This document shows positions 39,104 through 48,419 of a stretch of 48,419 bases of DNA, piece after piece. The position numbers and the translations under genes were made by a program. The notes beneath the pieces were generated by a model that saw only the letters and a program-made list of their open reading frames with translations, was not told the origin of the DNA and searched no databases. Origin of the DNA: an uncultured Aeromicrobium sp. (GTDB lineage: Bacteria > Actinomycetota > Actinomycetes > Propionibacteriales > Nocardioidaceae); NCBI GenBank assembly GCA_964428825.1, contig CAYRZN010000001.1:1-48419 (forward strand). Reading direction: 5' to 3'. Each line of letters opens with the position of its first letter. The stretch's first letter is position 1.

Positions 39104-39814
39104 TCAGACGAGGGGGTCGACGACGACTCCGTCGACCAGCGGACCTTGCTCGACCCGGGTCGAGACGGCGGCACCGGGCACCTCGGCGCCGAACTGACGC
39201 AGCGCTCCGACGACGTCGTCGGGACGCACGGTCGGAACCATGCTCCGCACCACGACCTCGACCCGGGTGCCGTGCACCACGAGGGAACCCACGGCCTCGC
39301 GCACGTCGATGTCGCGCAGGCCCCGCTTGGTCATGCGCTCCACCGCCACCTCCGACGCGGCCAGGAAGGCGGCGGCCGCGTCCTCGAGGCCGGTGGCTCC
39401 CGGCAGGTCGATGCTCCAGAGCGACGCCTCGAGACGATCGGCAAAGGTGCCGGGGGTGGCAGGGACGACCGCCACGATGTCGAGTCCCGGCGGCAGGGCC
39501 GCGTCGAGGCTCTCCCGCACCACCTCGGGGTCGCACTCGCGCGTCAGGCCGATCTCGAGGAACTCGGCCTCGCTCGCGGCTCCGGTGGGCGCGGCGTTGG
39601 CGTAGGAGATCTTCGGGTGCGGCGTGAATCCCGAGGAGTAGCCGATCGGCACCTTGGCGCGGCGCACCGCTCGCTCGAACGCGCGACCGAAGTCGCGGTG
39701 GCTCGTGAACCGCAGCCGTCCACGCTTGGCGTAGCGGACGCGCAGCTTCTGGACGATCGGCAGCTGCGGGTTCGGCGCCTCGGGGTTCGGGGTGCCCTCC
39801 AGGGTGGTGCTCAC
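39104..39814 (-). CDS. TIGR03936/DUF2344 radical SAM-associated protein
   Basis: 'RYAKRGRLRFTSHRD', 'YSSGFTPHPKISY', 'ASEAEFLEI' motifs. TAGCCT -10 lies 7 nt before the GTG. Confidence 0.9.
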   Translation of the reverse strand: MSTTLEGTPNPEAPNPQLPIVQKLRVRYAKRGRLRFTSHRDFGRAFERAVRRAKVPIGYSSGFTPHPKISYANAAPTGAASEAEFLEIGLTRECDPEVVRESLDAALPPGLDIVAVVPATPGTFADRLEASLWSIDLPGATGLEDAAAAFLAASEVAVERMTKRGLRDIDVREAVGSLVVHGTRVEVVVRSMVPTVRPDDVVGALRQFGAEVPGAAVSTRVEQGPLVDGVVVDPLV

Positions 39815-39859
39815 CCACCCGAGGCTAGCCGAGGTCGGGCCCGGGACCAGACTGGTCCG

Positions 39860-41089
39860 GTGACCCACGAACCTGCCGCGGCCGCGGCCACGGCCACGGC
39901 CGCGCGACCCGGGTCGGCGTGGCTCGTCGGTGCGGCGATCGTGCTGCTCGCCCTCAACCTGCGCGTCGCGGTCGGCAGCGTGGGGGTCGTGCTGGACCCC
40001 CTGCGGGCCGACCTCGCGATGAGCGCCACCGTGGCCGGCGTCCTCACGACGTTGCCCGTGCTGTGCTTCGCGCTGTTCGGCGCCACGACCGGCCGGGTCG
40101 TGCGCACGCTCGGCCTGGACCGGACGGCGGCCGCGCTCCTCGTCGTCACGGGCGCCGGACTGGCGCTGCGCCCCCTGGTCGACTCCCCCGCCCCGTTCCT
40201 GGTGCTCACGGTGGTCTCCCTCGCCGGATGCGCCCTCGGCAACGTCGCGCTTCCGGCGCTGGCCAAGGAGCACTTTCCCGCCCAGCTGCCCCTGATCAGC
40301 TCGCTCTACGGTGCCGCCCTGATGGGTGGGGCGACCTTGGGCTCGGTGCTGACGGTGCCGATCGCCGACGCCTTCGGTGACTGGCGCATCGGTCTCGGCG
40401 CCTGGGCCGTCCTCGCCCTGGCCGCCCTCGTCCCGTGGCTGCCGGTCGCGCTGCGGGAGGGTCGGGCCGGCCGCATCGACCGGCCGCGCGGGCCGACGCT
40501 GCTGCGACTCGCGCGCAGCCCGCTCGCCTGGGCCTGCGCCCTGTTCTTCGGACTCCAGTCGGCCCAGGCGTACGCCCAGTTCGGCTGGTTCCCGGCGATC
40601 CTGGTCGACGCGGGCCTCGACTCCGGGCACGCCGGACTGGCGCAGGGGCTCATCCCGGCCGTCGGCATCCCCGTGACGCTCCTCCTGCCGGCCTTGATGC
40701 GGCGCACGGGAGACCGGCCCGTTCTCCCGTGGGTCTTCGCCGGGGTGACCGCCTCCGGGTGGCTCGGCGTGCTGCTCGCGCCGGCCTCGGCACCCTTCCT
40801 GTGGGCCGCGATGCTGGGACTCGGCGGGTGTGCCTTCACCTGGGTGCTCACGATGTTCGGTCGACGCACCGCGTCGGCCGGCGGCACGGCCGGTCTCTCG
40901 GCGTTCGCACAGTCGGTCGGCTACCTCGTGGCCGGTCTCGGCCCGTTCGGCACCGGTCTGCTGCACGACCTCACCGGGTCGTGGGACGTCCCGGTCATCG
41001 TGCTGATGGGCGCTGCCCTCCTGCTCGGGCCACTGGGCATGCTCGTGGCGCGCGACCGGCTCCTCGAGGACGAGCTCGAGCGCTCCTAG
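39860..41089 (+). CDS. CynX/cyanate-permease-like MFS transporter
   Basis: 'LALNLR', 'LTTLPVLCF', 'GNVALP..KEHF', 'FFGLQS', 'SAFAQSVGY' motifs. Confidence 0.88.
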   Translation: MTHEPAAAAATATAARPGSAWLVGAAIVLLALNLRVAVGSVGVVLDPLRADLAMSATVAGVLTTLPVLCFALFGATTGRVVRTLGLDRTAAALLVVTGAGLALRPLVDSPAPFLVLTVVSLAGCALGNVALPALAKEHFPAQLPLISSLYGAALMGGATLGSVLTVPIADAFGDWRIGLGAWAVLALAALVPWLPVALREGRAGRIDRPRGPTLLRLARSPLAWACALFFGLQSAQAYAQFGWFPAILVDAGLDSGHAGLAQGLIPAVGIPVTLLLPALMRRTGDRPVLPWVFAGVTASGWLGVLLAPASAPFLWAAMLGLGGCAFTWVLTMFGRRTASAGGTAGLSAFAQSVGYLVAGLGPFGTGLLHDLTGSWDVPVIVLMGAALLLGPLGMLVARDRLLEDELERS

Positions 41090-41565
41090 CGGTCGCGAAC
41101 CGGGGACTCGAACCGGCGGTGGACCCGGCTGTCGAGCCGGTCCATCGCGAACGAGACGACGCCCGAGGCGATCCCCAGCGCGAGCCGAGGCCGTTGGACG
41201 CCCCGCCTGACCAAGATGGCCTCGAGGCGACGGTCGATCGCCACGGAGAGCACGACGACGCCGAACATGCCCCCTCCGGCGAGGACCCCTGCCAGCGCCG
41301 GGCCGACGGCCTGACGGACCGTGGGCGGCGCGGCGGGCCCGTCGGCCGCGGCGTCACGCTCGGCCGACGCCGCGCCGGCCGTGAGTCCTGCCGCGGCGGC
41401 ACCGACCGCCACGGCCGAGACAGCCGCGACGCGACGGTTCGTCCGGCGGGAGGCACGGCCGATCGGGATCGCGGAGGCGAGCCCGGCCAGCACGCTGAAG
41501 GCCGCCGAGGCACCCACGCCCCGCGGCTCTGCCCGGTCGATCGCGACGGGTCCGGTGGTGCTCAC
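41086..41565 (-). CDS. Hypothetical Ala-rich membrane protein
   Basis: Starts 1 nt after the radical SAM stop and has 3-4 hydrophobic segments. Confidence 0.6.
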   Translation of the reverse strand: MSTTGPVAIDRAEPRGVGASAAFSVLAGLASAIPIGRASRRTNRRVAAVSAVAVGAAAAGLTAGAASAERDAAADGPAAPPTVRQAVGPALAGVLAGGGMFGVVVLSVAIDRRLEAILVRRGVQRPRLALGIASGVVSFAMDRLDSRVHRRFESPVRDR

Positions 41566-41566
41566 G

Positions 41567-43495
<1,929 letters not shown>

Positions 43496-43550
43496 GGGTT
43501 GAAGCCTAACGCCGTCCGACCAGCCCACCGCAGGTGTCTAGAGTCGTGCC

Positions 43551-44192
43551 ATGGGCCTGTTCACGAAGAAGCCTCGACCCCTGACGGTGCGATACGAGGC
43601 GAAGTCGGCCGACGGGGGCCTCGACCAGGTGCTCACGATGACCAACAGCACCGACGCCGACCTCGTGCCGGTCCTGCGCTTCCGCCCCCTCGACTTCTAC
43701 GGGCGCGAGCTCCCGCTCGTGACCGTGACGTCGCTGCAGGGCCTCACCCGCGGTCAGGTCGTGGTGCCGTCGAACTCCGTCACGAAGGACGTCCTGCGCT
43801 TCGAGGGCCCAGGATGCCGGTCGGTCCGGTTCGTCGACACCGAGGTCGTCGACCTCGTCGAGGTTGAGGTCGCGGGTCTCGACACCGAGCCCACGACCGT
43901 GATGGTCGACCTGAACAAGAAGGCGACCGCGAACCCCGAGGACTTCTGGGGCATCGGCGTCGCCAACGCCAACGACGCCGAGATGCGCGTGCGGGTCACG
44001 CTCGTCGAGCTCGAGCCGGAGCACACCGAGAAGGCCCTGCGCGACTCGCCCCGTCAGGCGCTCGACTGGGTCAGCCTCGAGGGCGACGTGGTCCTCGGCC
44101 CGAAGGACCACGACGTCGTGTGGCTGCCCGAGGACGTGCGGGGCAAGTACCACGCGGTGCTCGGCTCCATCGCCGCCCCGCCGCTCGACTGA
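43551..44192 (+). CDS. Hypothetical beta-rich protein
   Basis: GC3-biased codons and a TAGAGT -10 6 nt before the ATG. No family recognised. Confidence 0.7.
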   Translation: MGLFTKKPRPLTVRYEAKSADGGLDQVLTMTNSTDADLVPVLRFRPLDFYGRELPLVTVTSLQGLTRGQVVVPSNSVTKDVLRFEGPGCRSVRFVDTEVVDLVEVEVAGLDTEPTTVMVDLNKKATANPEDFWGIGVANANDAEMRVRVTLVELEPEHTEKALRDSPRQALDWVSLEGDVVLGPKDHDVVWLPEDVRGKYHAVLGSIAAPPLD

Positions 44193-44225
44193 GCCATCCG
44201 CACCGGTCGAGGACCGCCTCGACCA

Positions 44226-44282
44226 CAGGTGGTCACTTTCGCACTCGTTGCGAGCCGATCTCGGTGCTGAAGTGTCCACATC
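44226..44282. repeat. Inverted-repeat element, family B (second, degenerate copy)
   Basis: GGTGCTGAAGTGTCCACATC matches 21658-21677 at 19/20, with the same 18-nt spacer. Confidence 0.75.
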
Positions 44283-44321
44283 CTGCGGTTGTCCGGCTCC
44301 GAGCATGGCCAGGACGTCTTT

Positions 44322-44337
44322 GCAAAGATATCTTTGC
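44322..44337. promoter_or_regulatory. Palindromic operator upstream of the ArsR-type gene
   Basis: Perfect 16-bp palindrome GCAAAGATATCTTTGC, 3 nt before ATG 44341. Confidence 0.7.
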
Positions 44338-44340
44338 GGA

Positions 44341-44868
44341 ATGCGAACGCGGACCGTAGAGGGTCTCGAGACCCTGAGGGCCTTGGCCCATCCCGTGCGG
44401 ATCAACGCCCTCGGGGAGCTGCGCCGCAGCGGTCCGTCCACCGCGAGCGAGCTCGCTCGCACGCTCGGCGAGTCCAGCGGCTCGCTCTCGTACCACCTGC
44501 GCCAGCTCGAGCGGTACGGCTTCGTGACCGACGACGTCGCGCGTGACGCCCGCGAGCGCCGGTGGCGGGCCACCGCACAGCTCACCGAGCTCCCGTCGAC
44601 CCTGTCGGAGACCGACGAGGGACGGTCGGCGATGACCGTCGTCCGCGGCGTGCAGCAGGAGCACCTCGCCCGCCAGCTCGCGGCACTCGACGCGACGGGC
44701 ACCGTCGAGCACGCCGAACTCGGACACTCCGACTACCTCCTCCGGCTCGACGACGACCAGCTCACCGAGCTCGTGGCGCGGCTGAGCGAGGTCGTGCACG
44801 AGTACCTCGACCATCAGGGTGACCGTGTCGTGGCACTGCACGTCCTCGCGCTCCCGGGCGCGCCGTGA
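44341..44868 (+). CDS. ArsR-like winged HTH transcriptional regulator
   Basis: 'LRALAHPVR', 'TASELARTLGESSGSLSYHLRQL..YGFV', 'RERRWRA' motifs. Confidence 0.88.
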   Translation: MRTRTVEGLETLRALAHPVRINALGELRRSGPSTASELARTLGESSGSLSYHLRQLERYGFVTDDVARDARERRWRATAQLTELPSTLSETDEGRSAMTVVRGVQQEHLARQLAALDATGTVEHAELGHSDYLLRLDDDQLTELVARLSEVVHEYLDHQGDRVVALHVLALPGAP

Positions 44869-46055
44869 CGCTGACCCCCCGGTACCTCACGCTCCTGGCC
44901 CTGCGCTGGTTCGCCACGGGACTGGTCATCCCCGTGTCGGCCCTCCTCCCGCTGGAGCGCGGACTCACTCTCGGCGAGCTGGGTGTCGCGATGGCGGCCC
45001 AGGGGGTCGTCGTCCTGCTCCTGGAGGTCCCGAGCGGCGCGCTGACCGACGCCTGGGGTCGCCGTCCCGTGCTTCTCGCCTCGGTCGTGGCGGCGGCAGC
45101 CGCGTACGCCTTGGTGCTCGTGGCCGACTCCGTCGCGACCTTCGCCCTGGCCTGGGCCGTCACCGGGATGTTCCGGGCCCTCGACAGCGGCCCGCTGGAG
45201 GCCTGGTTCGTCGACGCCGAGCACGCCCGCGGCGCGGCCCACGAGGTTCCCTCGGGCCTGGCCAAGGCGGGAAGCGTCGTCAGCGCCGCCATCGCGACCG
45301 GCTCGCTCGCGACGGCCGCCCTGCTCGCCCTCTCGCCGTGGTCGACCGGCGTCACGCTCGCGCTGCCCTACGGCATCGCGATCGGGGTCGTGATGGTGCA
45401 GGGAGCGGCCGCCGCCCTGCTCATGGACCCCGCTCCCCCACGCACGGCCTCGACAGGAGCGGTGTGGACCGCGGCGCTCCGCGGCGGCGTCGCGACCATC
45501 GCGCGCCCCGGGCTGCGGGGGCTCGCTGTCGCGATGATGGTCGTCGCCGTCGGCGTCGTCGCGCTCGAGACCTTCATGCCCGTCCGCCTGGCCGAGCTGA
45601 GCGGGGACCGGGCCGAGGCCGCCGCCCAGATGGGCGTCGTCGCCGCGGCGGCCTGGGGACTGGCGTCGGTCGGCTCCGCCGTCGTGAGTCGCGTGCTCCG
45701 GCGGCGCTCGCCGCGCGCCGTGGCGGTCGGGCTGGTCACGATCGAGGGACTCGGACTGCTCGCGATGTCGCTCGCGGCCGGCCCCGTGCTCCTGGTGGCG
45801 GGTTTCTGGCTCGGCTACCTCATGCACACGGGATTCGGGTCGACGTACAACGCACTGGTGCACGCCCGGGTCGACGACGCCCACCGCGGCACCGCGCTGT
45901 CGGTCACCTCGATGGCGTTCCTCGGTTCAGCCGCAGGGGCCGGCGTGCTGCTCGGGCTGCTCGCCGAGCACACGTCGTCCTCGACGAGCCTCCTCGTCGG
46001 CGCCGCGGCCATGGCGGTCGCCGGCGGCACGATCGCCGCCGCGACGCGGACGTGA
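44865..46055 (+). CDS. MFS transporter
   Basis: 'LEVPSGALTDAWGRR' and 'RALDSGPLEAW' motifs. GTGA coupling to the regulator. Confidence 0.88.
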   Translation: MTLTPRYLTLLALRWFATGLVIPVSALLPLERGLTLGELGVAMAAQGVVVLLLEVPSGALTDAWGRRPVLLASVVAAAAAYALVLVADSVATFALAWAVTGMFRALDSGPLEAWFVDAEHARGAAHEVPSGLAKAGSVVSAAIATGSLATAALLALSPWSTGVTLALPYGIAIGVVMVQGAAAALLMDPAPPRTASTGAVWTAALRGGVATIARPGLRGLAVAMMVVAVGVVALETFMPVRLAELSGDRAEAAAQMGVVAAAAWGLASVGSAVVSRVLRRRSPRAVAVGLVTIEGLGLLAMSLAAGPVLLVAGFWLGYLMHTGFGSTYNALVHARVDDAHRGTALSVTSMAFLGSAAGAGVLLGLLAEHTSSSTSLLVGAAAMAVAGGTIAAATRT

Positions 46056-46075
46056 GGCCGGGCGCGGGGACCGGA

Positions 46076-46483
46076 TCAGAGGTGAGGGAACCAGAGCGCG
46101 ATCTCGCGGGCGGCCGACTCCTCGGAGTCGGACGCGTGCACGAGGTTCTCCCGGTTCGAGAGCGACAGGTCGCCGCGGATCGTGCCCGGGTCGGCCACGC
46201 GGCCGTCGGTCTTGCCGTTCAGCAGCCGAACGACCGCGATGGCCTCGTCGCCCTCGAGCACGAGCGACACGAGCGGACCGGAGACCGCGAACTCGCGCAG
46301 CGGCGGGTACCACGGCTGCTCGACGTGCTCGGCATAGTGGGCGTCGGCCATCTCGGCGTCGATCGCGCGGTGCTCCATCGCGACGATCGTCAGGCCCTTG
46401 GTCTCGTAGCGTCCGAGGATCTCGCCCACGAGTCCGCGGCGGACGGCGTCGGGCTTGATGAGGACGAGCGTGCGTTGCGCCAT
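46076..46483 (-). CDS. ndk: Nucleoside diphosphate kinase
   Basis: RTLVLIKPDAV, HYAEH, PGTIRGD and NLVHASDS motifs. Confidence 0.96.
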   Translation of the reverse strand: MAQRTLVLIKPDAVRRGLVGEILGRYETKGLTIVAMEHRAIDAEMADAHYAEHVEQPWYPPLREFAVSGPLVSLVLEGDEAIAVVRLLNGKTDGRVADPGTIRGDLSLSNRENLVHASDSEESAAREIALWFPHL

Positions 46484-46501
46484 GTCCGTAACGTATCGCC
46501 C

Positions 46502-48205
46502 ATGCTCGGGACGCCATCGAGGGACCAGTCCGGCACGACGCGCGACGATCAGGCCTGGTGGCGGGACGCGGTGATCTACCAGGTGTATCCCCGGTCGTGG
46601 GCCGACAGCGACGGCGACGGCATCGGCGACCTGCCGGGCATCACGTCCCGGCTCGGGCACCTCGCGGCGCTGGGGGTCGACGCCGTCTGGCTGTCGCCGT
46701 TCTACACCTCGCCGCAGCACGACGCCGGGTACGACGTCGCCGACTTCCGCGACGTCGATCCGACCTTCGGGACCCTCGCGGACGCCGACGCGCTCGTCAC
46801 CCGCGCCCACGAGCTCGGACTTCGCGTCATCGTCGACGTCGTGCCCAACCACACCTCGAACGAGCACGCCTGGTTCCGCGAGGCGCTGACGGCCGCGCCG
46901 GGCAGCGCGGCACGGGAGCGGTACCTCTTCCGGGAGGGGCGCGGGGACGAGGGCGACCTGCCGCCCAACAACTGGCAGAGCATGTTCGGAGGTCCTGCGT
47001 GGTCACGCGTCACGGAGCCCGACGGCACGCCGGGCCAGTGGTACCTCCACCTGTTCGACTCGACCCAGCCCGACCTCGACTGGACGAATCCCGAGGTCAG
47101 GGACGAGCTCGAGTCGGTCCTGCGGTTCTGGCTCGACCGCGACGTCGACGGGTTCCGCATCGACGTCGCCCACGGTCTCGTGAAGGCCGACGGCCTGCCC
47201 GACGGGCCCGAGGAGTTCGACAGCGCCAACCAGGCCACGGCGCTCCAGCCGATGTTCGACCAGGCCGGCGTGCACGAGATCTACCGGAGCTGGCGCCGGC
47301 TGGTCGACGAGTACGCCGTGCCTGGGGCCGACCGCGACCGGATCCTGTGTGCCGAGGCATGGGTGCTGCCGATCGAGTCCCTGGCGAAGTACGTCCGCCC
47401 GGACGAGCTGCACCAGTCGTTCAACTTCTCGTTCCTCATGACCCCGTGGATCGCCGGCGAGCTGCGGGTTTCCATCGACGAGGGCCTGACGAGCGTCGCG
47501 GCCGTCGGCGCCCCGCAGACCTGGGTGCTCTCGAACCACGACGTCGTCCGTCACGCCAGCCGGCTCGGCTTCCCGCCTCGGCCCGGGCGCAACCGCACCG
47601 AGGGCATCGGCCCGGACGACCCCCAGCCCGACGCCGAGCTCGGCCTGCGCCGGGCCCGCGCCGCGACGGCCCTGATGCTGGCCCTGCCGGGCTCGGCGTA
47701 CCTCTTCCAGGGCGAGGAGCTCGGCCTCCCCGAGGCGACGCTCCTGCCCGACGAAGCGCGCCAGGACCCGACGTGGGAGCGCTCGGGCCACACGTCACCC
47801 GGCCGCGACGGCTGCCGCGTGCCGGTGCCGTGGGAGGCCGAGAGCCCCTCCTTCGGCTTCGGACCCACGGGTGCGACGTGGCTGCCGCAGCCTGCGGTCT
47901 ACGGGCGTCTCGCCGTCGACCGCCAGGACGGCGTCGACGGGTCGACCCTCGAGCTCTACCGCACGCTCCTGCGGGTGCGCCGCGAGCGGGGCCTGGGGCG
48001 CGGCACGCTGGCGTGGGCCGACGTGGCTCCCGCCGACGTCCTCGCCTTCGAGGTCACCGGGGAGGCCGGCGCCACGGCCGTCGTGACCAACCTGGGCGCG
48101 GATCCCGTGCCGATCCCGCCCGGCTCCCGGGTGCTCGCCACGTCCGGCCCCCTCCCGGGCTCGGCGATTCCCACCGACACGACGGTCTGGTTCGTCCCCG
48201 CTTGA
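46502..48205 (+). CDS. GH13 alpha-glucosidase
   Basis: YQVYPRS, DAGYDV, VPNHTS, GFRIDVAH, AEAW, SNHD, QGEELGL and RDGCRVP motifs. Confidence 0.93.
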   Translation: MLGTPSRDQSGTTRDDQAWWRDAVIYQVYPRSWADSDGDGIGDLPGITSRLGHLAALGVDAVWLSPFYTSPQHDAGYDVADFRDVDPTFGTLADADALVTRAHELGLRVIVDVVPNHTSNEHAWFREALTAAPGSAARERYLFREGRGDEGDLPPNNWQSMFGGPAWSRVTEPDGTPGQWYLHLFDSTQPDLDWTNPEVRDELESVLRFWLDRDVDGFRIDVAHGLVKADGLPDGPEEFDSANQATALQPMFDQAGVHEIYRSWRRLVDEYAVPGADRDRILCAEAWVLPIESLAKYVRPDELHQSFNFSFLMTPWIAGELRVSIDEGLTSVAAVGAPQTWVLSNHDVVRHASRLGFPPRPGRNRTEGIGPDDPQPDAELGLRRARAATALMLALPGSAYLFQGEELGLPEATLLPDEARQDPTWERSGHTSPGRDGCRVPVPWEAESPSFGFGPTGATWLPQPAVYGRLAVDRQDGVDGSTLELYRTLLRVRRERGLGRGTLAWADVAPADVLAFEVTGEAGATAVVTNLGADPVPIPPGSRVLATSGPLPGSAIPTDTTVWFVPA

Positions 48206-48221
48206 CGCGGACGAAGCCACG

Positions 48222-48328
48222 CCCCTTGAGGTGCGAGTGAGGAACGAACGAGCCTCGAAAGGGGTACCCGAGCCCACAGCGCGATGAGGGTTTCGAGGCT
48301 CGTCGCCGGGGCTCCTCGCACCTCGACC
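48222..48328. repeat. Inverted pair of REP-like family A elements
   Basis: TTGAGGTGCGAG..CGAGCCTCGAAA (48222-48264) and the reverse-orientation copy TTTCGAGGCTCG..CTCGCACCTCGA (48289-48328). Confidence 0.75.
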
Positions 48329-48419
48329 ATCGGGTGCGCGAGGGGCCCTGTTGCGGCGATCGGCCGACAGGCATACCGTGCGAGGACTGTGACGGGGAGC
48401 ACGTTCTCGTCGAGTCTGG

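Noticed and set aside
38534-41089. 851-aa ORF suggesting an extended MFS
   Set aside because: The upstream part overlaps rne and TIGR03936 on the opposite strand. MFS-like sequence starts near 39860.
44819-48205. Apparent 1128-aa giant GH13 fusion
   Set aside because: The N-terminal half overlaps the MFS gene off-frame and ndk antisense. The real GH13 begins near 46502.
48389-48419. Possible start of a + strand gene (GAGGA then GTG ACG GGG...)
   Set aside because: Only 10 codons are visible before the window ends, so it cannot be supported.

Overview
High-GC actinobacterial chromosome segment. Gene content and protein style suggest a Nocardioidaceae/Aeromicrobium-like genome (inference). 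The right half is a conserved minus-strand backbone: ndk, TIGR03960/TIGR03936 radical SAM pair, rne, rplU, rpmA, obgE, proB, proA, nadD, rsfS, histidine phosphatase and tRNA-Ala(GGC). Small accessory genes interrupt it. The left half carries a GT2, an IspD/TarI, a siderophore-interacting protein, an M13 peptidase, a peptide ABC system with a permease-ATPase-ATPase fusion, a Tat metallophosphoesterase, an ABC-F, an OYE, an ECF42/YciI pair, GntP and MFS genes. The best candidate for an undescribed system is 5275-10784. There, two SdpA-like (DUF5819) + SdpB-like (HTTM, gamma-carboxylase-related) gene pairs flank an acidic, Cys-free, LPSTG-anchored choice-of-anchor-G-type surface protein, with no SdpC toxin, and one pair looks degenerate. 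Other notable signals: a leader-peptide attenuator upstream of the ABC-F, a double-HTH LuxR plus divergent WhiB-like module splitting proB from proA, a loop-less 52-bp perfect palindrome, two dispersed palindromic repeat families, a duplicated and interrupted tRNA 3' end, and overlapping bidirectional leaderless promoters. All family assignments are by motif recognition; no database search was run.
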